Part shown: piece after piece, positions 58,078 to 64,000 of the stretch | How positions within the stretch are numbered: the first letter of the stretch is position 1 | Layout: every line of letters begins with the position of its first letter | NCBI GenBank assembly: GCA_964371715.1 | Contig: CAYJNO010000004.1 | Location: 27,061-91,060, forward strand | Origin: an uncultured Erysipelotrichaceae bacterium | GTDB lineage: Bacteria > Bacillota_I > Bacilli_A > Erysipelotrichales > Erysipelotrichaceae | DNA: 64,000 nt | Direction: 5' to 3' | Program-made: the position numbers and the translations under genes | The notes under the pieces: generated by a model | Database searches by the model: none | What the model was told of the DNA's origin: nothing | The model's input: only the letters and a program-made list of their open reading frames with translations

Positions 58078-59280
58078 ATGAATGAAAGAAAACTAACATA
58101 CGAAATATTAACAGAAGTAATAATCAATAATGGTTATGCCAATTTAATGATGAGAAAATATCAAGATTCTGATATTAATTTTAATTATGTAACAGAAGTT
58201 GTATATGGAGTATTAAGAAATTATAGTATTTTAAAACATCAATTTAAAGATTTATTGAAGAAAAGGTGTGAACATAAAATAGAAATATTAATTATCATAG
58301 GGATATATGAATTGCATTTTATGAAGAGTGATGACTATGCTGTTGTAAATGAAATTGTAAAAATGGCTAATCCAACAAATAGAGGTTTTGTAAATTTTAT
58401 TTTAAGAGAATCATTAAGAAGAGGGTTTATTGATAGTGAAGAATTAAGTATTCAATATTCAATTCCTACATGGATTTATCGTTTATGGATTGCCCATTAT
58501 GGGGAAGATATCGCAAAAAAACTGGCAAAAGCTGCAACTGAAAAATTACCGATATATTATCGATTAAATAATATCAAAGCGAGTTTTAGTGATTTAAAAG
58601 ATTTAAAAATAAATAAAATTGATGATTATAGTTTTACAAGTGAACTTAATTTGATTAAGTCAGCTGAATTTAGAAAAGGACTATTTGCAATACAAGATCT
58701 ATCTGCTGCTCAAATTATCTATAACTTAGACTTAAATGAAAATAATAAAGTTTTAGATATGTGTGCAGCACCTGGTACTAAAACATCACAAATTGCAGGG
58801 TTAATGAATAATAAAGGATCAATTGTTGCTTTAGATATTCATGAACATCGAGTAGAGTTAATAGATAGAGCAATGCAAAAGTTTGATATTACAAATGTTG
58901 AAACAAAAGTCATGGATGCTTCAATTATTAATGAAGACTGGATTGATTATTATGATCGTATTTTATTGGATGCACCATGTTCAGGGTTTGGTGTATTATC
59001 TAGAAAACCAGATATTAAGTTTCATATTAAACCAGAAGGTTTAGATGAAATTATTCAAATACAGGCTCAATTATTAGATAATGCTTATAAGTACTTAAAA
59101 AATGATGGTATTTTAGTTTATAGTACTTGTACACTTAATTTAAAAGAAAATGAAAAGCAAGTAAAAGCTTTTTTAAATCGCTATTCAGATTTAGAATTGA
59201 TGAAAGAAGAAACAATATTTTCATATTCAAAGCAAACAGATGGCTTTTATTATGCTAAAATAATTAAGAGAGGTAGATAA
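58078..59280 (+). CDS. rsmB: 16S rRNA m5C methyltransferase RsmB
   Basis: A NusB-like N-domain is present. Motifs: DMCAAPGTKT, DAPCSGFGV and YSTCT. Confidence 0.85.
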   Translation: MNERKLTYEILTEVIINNGYANLMMRKYQDSDINFNYVTEVVYGVLRNYSILKHQFKDLLKKRCEHKIEILIIIGIYELHFMKSDDYAVVNEIVKMANPTNRGFVNFILRESLRRGFIDSEELSIQYSIPTWIYRLWIAHYGEDIAKKLAKAATEKLPIYYRLNNIKASFSDLKDLKINKIDDYSFTSELNLIKSAEFRKGLFAIQDLSAAQIIYNLDLNENNKVLDMCAAPGTKTSQIAGLMNNKGSIVALDIHEHRVELIDRAMQKFDITNVETKVMDASIINEDWIDYYDRILLDAPCSGFGVLSRKPDIKFHIKPEGLDEIIQIQAQLLDNAYKYLKNDGILVYSTCTLNLKENEKQVKAFLNRYSDLELMKEETIFSYSKQTDGFYYAKIIKRGR

Positions 59281-60317
59281 TGCAAACAATATTAGACTTA
59301 ACACAAGAACAATTAGAGAATGTAATTGTTGAACTAAATGAGAAAAAATTTAAAGCAGGACAAATATTTAATTGGCTATATCAAAAACGAGTTAGTAGCT
59401 TTGAAGAGATGACAGATTTAAAAAAATCATTTATAGAAACATTAAATTCAAAATATATTATTAATCCTTTAAAAGAGGTATCAAGACAAGTATCACAAGA
59501 TGGAACTGTTAAGTTTTTATTTGAATTACAAGATTCATCAGTAATAGAAACTGTATTAATGCGTTTTGATTATGGTAATACAGTATGTGTTACTACACAA
59601 GTAGGCTGTAATATGGGGTGTACATTTTGTGCCAGTGGACTTTTAAAGAAAACACGTGATTTAACAAGTGGTGAAATAGTTGCACAAATTATGAAAAGTT
59701 TAGAATACTTAAATGAATTTAATGAAAGAGTAGATAATATCGTTGTTATGGGGATTGGTGAACCATTTGATAATTATGATAATGTCTTAAATTTTTGTAA
59801 AATAGTTAACCATCCAAAAGGTTTAGCAATAGGTGCTAGACATATTACTATATCTACATGTGGTTTAGTTGATGGTATTAGAAGATTTGCAGATGAAAAT
59901 ACGCAGTTTAATTTAGCTATTTCTTTACATGCGCCAAATAATATTAAAAGAAGCGCAATTATGCCAATAAATAAAGCCTATAATTTAAAGCAATTATTTG
60001 AAGCTTTAAAATACTATAGTGAAAAAAGTAATAGAAAAATAACATTTGAATATATAATGCTAGAAAATATCAATGATACTAAAGAAGATGCTTTAGAATT
60101 AGCAAATTTAGTTAAGGGTTTAAATGCCTATATTAATTTAATTAGTTATAATTCAGTTGATGAGCATGGATACCAAGGAAGTTCACATAAAACAATGTTA
60201 CAATTTTACGATATATTAATGAAAAACAAAGTAAAAGCTACTATTAGAAATAAAGTAGGAGATGATATTGATGCAGCATGTGGTCAATTAAGAGCTAAAC
60301 ATAAAGGAATACTATGA
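59280..60317 (+). CDS. rlmN: Radical-SAM 23S rRNA/tRNA A2503 methyltransferase RlmN
   Basis: The motif is QVGCNMGCTFCASG (Cx3Cx2C) and a C-terminal catalytic Cys lies in DIDAACGQL. Confidence 0.9.
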   Translation: MQTILDLTQEQLENVIVELNEKKFKAGQIFNWLYQKRVSSFEEMTDLKKSFIETLNSKYIINPLKEVSRQVSQDGTVKFLFELQDSSVIETVLMRFDYGNTVCVTTQVGCNMGCTFCASGLLKKTRDLTSGEIVAQIMKSLEYLNEFNERVDNIVVMGIGEPFDNYDNVLNFCKIVNHPKGLAIGARHITISTCGLVDGIRRFADENTQFNLAISLHAPNNIKRSAIMPINKAYNLKQLFEALKYYSEKSNRKITFEYIMLENINDTKEDALELANLVKGLNAYINLISYNSVDEHGYQGSSHKTMLQFYDILMKNKVKATIRNKVGDDIDAACGQLRAKHKGIL

Positions 60318-61045
60318 AATATTTTGGACTAAGTGATAAAGGACTTGTAAGAGAAAATAACGAAGATCATTATGCAATAATCAGAAACCATGCTAACGAC
60401 TTATTAGCAATTGTTTGCGATGGTGTTGGTGGTTCTGCTGATGGAGAAGTAGCATCATATGAGACATGTAAATATTTAAGTGAAGTATTTGCGAAAAGTC
60501 ATGCTATGAAATATGAAGATTTATTAGAATTTTTAAAATATCATTTTAGAGTAATAAATCAAAATATTCAAGATATGGCTAAAAACCATGGTCGATCATT
60601 AGGTACGACATTAACTGGTATTGTAGTATGTAAAAACTATTCATTAGTATTTAATATTGGTGATAGTAGAGTTTATGGTTTTAAAGATGGTATTTTAAAA
60701 CAATTATCAGTAGATCACAATGTATTAAATGAACTTATTAGAAATCAAAATAAAACTTATGAAGAAGCTATAAAACATGATAAAGCTTACCATATTACAA
60801 GAGCTATTGGGAGTTTTTCACATGTTGAAGCAGATTTCTACTTATTAGATAAATCTTATCAAGATATTTTAATATGTAGTGATGGTTTATCAGGTGTTGT
60901 TGAACATATTAGCATTAAAGATATATTAAAACAAAATATTTCTGTTGCCAAAAAAGCAGAAAAATTAGTTGATAGTGCCTTAGAGGGTGGCGGGTATGAT
61001 AACATAACAGTAATTCTAATTGAGATGGAGGGTATAAATGAGTAA
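60314..61045 (+). CDS. stp: PP2C-family Ser/Thr phosphatase (Stp/PrpC)
   Basis: Motifs: RENNEDH, VCDGVGG, CSDGLS and YDNITV. Confidence 0.9.
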   Translation: MKYFGLSDKGLVRENNEDHYAIIRNHANDLLAIVCDGVGGSADGEVASYETCKYLSEVFAKSHAMKYEDLLEFLKYHFRVINQNIQDMAKNHGRSLGTTLTGIVVCKNYSLVFNIGDSRVYGFKDGILKQLSVDHNVLNELIRNQNKTYEEAIKHDKAYHITRAIGSFSHVEADFYLLDKSYQDILICSDGLSGVVEHISIKDILKQNISVAKKAEKLVDSALEGGGYDNITVILIEMEGINE

Positions 61046-62747
61046 TAATATTATAGCGGATAGATATAAATTAATTAAACATATAGGCCATGGTGGAATG
61101 GCGGATGTTTTTTTAGCCTTTGATCAAGTATTAAGTAGAGACGTTGCGATAAAGATGATAAGAAGTGATAAAAATTTTGATCCAATTAACTTACTGCGCT
61201 TTAAACAAGAAGCATCAGCAGCTTCAAAATTAATACATCCAAATATAATTGAAATTTATGATGTTGGTGAATATAAGGGACGAAGTTTTATTGTAATGGA
61301 GTATATCAAAGGATATACTTTAAGACAAATTATACAAAAAAGAGGCGCAATTATTGTCGAAGAAGCAGTATCTGTTATGAAGCAATTAACAAGCGCAATA
61401 ATTCATGCACATCAAAAAGGTATTATTCATCGTGATATAAAAACACAAAATATCATTGTAAAAGCTGATGGAACTATTAAAGTTTTGGACTTTGGTATTG
61501 CCTTAGCCCAAGATTCATTAGAGTTAACAAATAGTGATAGTGTTATGGGTTCTATTTATTATCTAGCACCTGAAGTAGTAAAAGGAAATCAAGCTACAAT
61601 ACAATCTGATATTTATGCTTTAGGTATCGTGTTTTATGAATTGTTAGTAGGAGAGGTACCCTTTAAAGGTAATCAGTTAGTTGAAGTAGCATTAAATCAT
61701 ATCAATGAAAAGTTACCAAGTATTAGAGCGTATAATCCAAATGTTTTAATGAGTATTGAAATGATTATTAATAAAGCATGCGCTAAAGACTTAAACTATC
61801 GTTATGCTAATACAGACCAATTACTTACAGATTTAAATCATTGCTTAGATCCAAATGTTAATGTTGTGATTGAAGAGATTAAAAACACAAGTAAACCACA
61901 AAATAATGGTAAAAGATTAAGAGAGTTAAATAAGGAATTATCAAAAAGAAACTTTGATTCACCAGAATTAAAAGAAGAAAAAAAGAAAAATAAGATTTCT
62001 TTATTTTTAGGTATTTCACTATCTATTGTATCATTGGTGTTTATTGGGGCTATTTTATTCTTTGCTGGTGCCTTTGATTTTGTATTAAAAGAGGTTACTA
62101 TGCCTAATATTATTGATATGGAAGTAGAAGAAGCTAGTACTGCACTTGAAGAATTAGGCTTAGGAATAGATTATGCTAATGTTGAAAGAGTTTTAACTAT
62201 TAACACGCCAAAAGGTGTAATTGTTGAAACAAACTATGAAGAAGGTACAATATTGGATCGTGGAGATCTTGTAAAGGTTACAATTTCAGATGGTATTTAT
62301 TCTGTAATGGATGATTTTACAAATTATAGTATCGATGAGGCAAAAGAAATTATTGCTACTAGCTTTCCGAATATTTATATAACGGAAAGAACAGAAGTAA
62401 GTGAAGAAGTTGATCCAGGACTTATTATTAGACAAGAAGGTTTGTTACCAAATGATCATTTTGATGCATCTAAATCTAATGAGTTAGTACTTGTCTATTC
62501 AGCATATACAACAGTTGTCTTAGAGCATAATTTAGTTGGTAGAGCCATTGATGATGTAAAGTTAATGTTTGAAAATCAAGGTATTATAGTAGAGGTACAA
62601 CCATTATTAATGGAAGAGTTAACAAAAGCAGAAGCTAAAAAAGTAACTCCTAATACCTTAATTAGAACAAATCCAGGACTTGGTACATCATATACACAAC
62701 AAGGAGATAATAAATTAATACTTTATTATGTTAGTGATATGAACTAA
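61038..62747 (+). CDS. prkC: Ser/Thr protein kinase with TM segment and PASTA repeats (PrkC)
   Basis: Kinase motifs: GHGGMADV, AIK, HRDIKTQN, DFGIA and APE. A single TM helix is followed by three PASTA-like repeats. Confidence 0.9.
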   Translation: MSNNIIADRYKLIKHIGHGGMADVFLAFDQVLSRDVAIKMIRSDKNFDPINLLRFKQEASAASKLIHPNIIEIYDVGEYKGRSFIVMEYIKGYTLRQIIQKRGAIIVEEAVSVMKQLTSAIIHAHQKGIIHRDIKTQNIIVKADGTIKVLDFGIALAQDSLELTNSDSVMGSIYYLAPEVVKGNQATIQSDIYALGIVFYELLVGEVPFKGNQLVEVALNHINEKLPSIRAYNPNVLMSIEMIINKACAKDLNYRYANTDQLLTDLNHCLDPNVNVVIEEIKNTSKPQNNGKRLRELNKELSKRNFDSPELKEEKKKNKISLFLGISLSIVSLVFIGAILFFAGAFDFVLKEVTMPNIIDMEVEEASTALEELGLGIDYANVERVLTINTPKGVIVETNYEEGTILDRGDLVKVTISDGIYSVMDDFTNYSIDEAKEIIATSFPNIYITERTEVSEEVDPGLIIRQEGLLPNDHFDASKSNELVLVYSAYTTVVLEHNLVGRAIDDVKLMFENQGIIVEVQPLLMEELTKAEAKKVTPNTLIRTNPGLGTSYTQQGDNKLILYYVSDMN

Positions 62748-63613
62748 TGAAGGGTAGAATCATCAAAATTATATCTAATCAGTATACAGTTTTAGATCAT
62801 AACTATAACAGCTATGAAACATTTTGTTTAGGCAAAATTAGAAATATGAATATTAAACCTAAAGTAGGTGATTTAGTAGATTTTAATCAAGTTGAAGATA
62901 AATATGCTATTGAAAATGTATATCCAAGAGAAAATGAACTTGTAAGACCACCACTTGCAAATATTGATCAAGCAATAATTGTAATGTCTGCTTTAGAACC
63001 AGCATTTTCTAATGTTTTAGTAGACCGTTTAATCTTTCTTGCATCATATGCTAATATTAAACCAATTTTATATATCACAAAAATGGATTTAGTAAAAGCA
63101 GATAATATAATCTTTAAATATATTGAAGATTATCGAAGCAGTGGATATACAGTTTTATGTGGCAATAAAACTACTTTAGACACTAACTTATTAACTGTCA
63201 TAGAAAATAAGGTAAGTGTTTTAATGGGACAAAGTGGTGTTGGTAAAAGTAGTATGTTAAATCTAATTAATCCAGATTATAACTTAAGAACTAATATCAT
63301 TTCTAAAGCGTTAAATCGTGGTAAACATACTACTAGACATTCAGAATTATTCTTAATAGATAAAGCATTACTAGCTGATACACCAGGGTTTAGTGCTTTA
63401 GAGTTTATTAATATTGATCCTTTAATCCTAAAAGATGTAATACATGATTTTAAACCATTTCATAATCAATGTAAGTTTAATGATTGTATTCATATAAATG
63501 AGCCTGGATGCGCAATAAAAAAAGCAGTAGAAGAAAATAAATTATCAAAATTAAGATATGAATCTTATAAAGATGTGTTGACGATAATAAAAAATGGAGG
63601 ACCTTTAATATGA
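62747..63613 (+). CDS. rsgA: Ribosome small-subunit biogenesis GTPase RsgA
   Basis: The circularly permuted GTPase has TKMDL, GQSGVGKSS and DTPG. Zinc knuckle: CKFNDCIHINEPGCA. Confidence 0.9.
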   Translation: MKGRIIKIISNQYTVLDHNYNSYETFCLGKIRNMNIKPKVGDLVDFNQVEDKYAIENVYPRENELVRPPLANIDQAIIVMSALEPAFSNVLVDRLIFLASYANIKPILYITKMDLVKADNIIFKYIEDYRSSGYTVLCGNKTTLDTNLLTVIENKVSVLMGQSGVGKSSMLNLINPDYNLRTNIISKALNRGKHTTRHSELFLIDKALLADTPGFSALEFINIDPLILKDVIHDFKPFHNQCKFNDCIHINEPGCAIKKAVEENKLSKLRYESYKDVLTIIKNGGPLI

Positions 63614-64000
63614 TAATTGCACCATCAGTTTTATCACTAGATTATAGTGATTTAAACAATCAAATGAATGCTTTAAATGAATCAAGCGCTGAATGGATTC
63701 ATTTTGATGTAATGGATGGACATTTTGTTCCTAATCTTACATTTGGTCCAGATATTTTAAAAGGCATGAAGAAAATATCAAAGCATGTTTTTGATGTTCA
63801 TATAATGGTATCAAATCCCATCTTTTTTGCACCAATATTTATTGATGCAGGTGCTAATATTTTAACTTTCCACTATGAAGCTATTAAAGAAGATGAGATT
63901 TTAACTTTAATAAAATTAATTAAAACTAAAAATTGTAAAGCTGGTATATCAATAAAGCCAAATACTGATGTAAGAGTATTAGATAAATATTTAAAAGATT
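63610..64000 (+). CDS. rpe: Ribulose-phosphate 3-epimerase (3' end beyond the window)
   Basis: The ATG overlaps the rsgA stop (ATGA). The N-terminus is IIAPSVLSLDYS...HFDVMDGHFVPNLTFGP. The frame stays open to nt 64000. Confidence 0.85.
   Translation, partial: MIIAPSVLSLDYSDLNNQMNALNESSAEWIHFDVMDGHFVPNLTFGPDILKGMKKISKHVFDVHIMVSNPIFFAPIFIDAGANILTFHYEAIKEDEILTLIKLIKTKNCKAGISIKPNTDVRVLDKYLKD

Noticed and set aside
55917-59280. Absence of def and fmt between priA and rsmB as a sign of rearrangement.
   Set aside because: priA and rsmB are only 4 nt apart with no scar sequence. The gene order varies among Bacillota, so this is probably normal for the lineage.
1-64000. Mollicutes-type genetic code (TGA = Trp), considered because of the extreme AT content.
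   Set aside because: Several well-supported genes end at TGA (1891-1893, 13857-13859, 63611-63613) with the next gene starting immediately after. All long ORFs are intact under the standard code.

Overview
This is a very AT-rich bacterial chromosomal segment that uses the standard genetic code: TGA ends ORFs at 1891-1893, 13857-13859 and 63611-63613. Gene content and order look like a low-GC Bacillota, possibly Erysipelotrichia-like; that assignment is inference only, and no database search was possible. The window has three parts. (1) Nt 1-18200 is a plus-strand defence island. It holds a helicase C-terminus plus a GIY-YIG/DUF4357 nuclease, then a complete type I R-M operon (hsdM-hsdS-hsdR) with an extra HEPN-like gene between hsdS and hsdR. 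Next comes a translationally coupled pair of a ~840-aa P-loop NTPase and a ~795-aa divergent adenosine deaminase (RADAR-like architecture), followed by a stand-alone PD-(D/E)xK protein. The island ends with a compact operon of a half-size HsdS-like protein, an HsdM-like protein with non-canonical catalytic motifs and a 2-TM coiled-coil protein, with no R subunit. (2) Nt 18300-50600 is accessory and envelope functions. These are a FIST-EAL c-di-GMP phosphodiesterase, a Bce-type peptide-antibiotic module (RR-HK-ABC ATPase-FtsX permease), and two large repeat-rich surface proteins (854-aa LRR protein; 2126-aa GLUG/discoidin/FIVAR protein). Also here are membrane proteins, two lipoprotein hydrolases, a LicT/RAT-controlled alpha-glucoside PTS operon with a GH4 6-phospho-alpha-glucosidase, a LytTR/DUF3021 pair, a HIT protein and PrsA-like foldases. 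(3) Nt 50800-64000 is housekeeping: sufCDSUB, 5-formyl-THF cyclo-ligase and priA-rsmB-rlmN-stp-prkC-rsgA-rpe. The best candidates for novel or under-described biology are the NTPase+deaminase pair, the R-less S/M-like/2TM operon and the HEPN-like gene inside the type I R-M operon. No rRNA, tRNA or CRISPR array was seen. All family calls rest on motifs read by eye from the translated ORFs.
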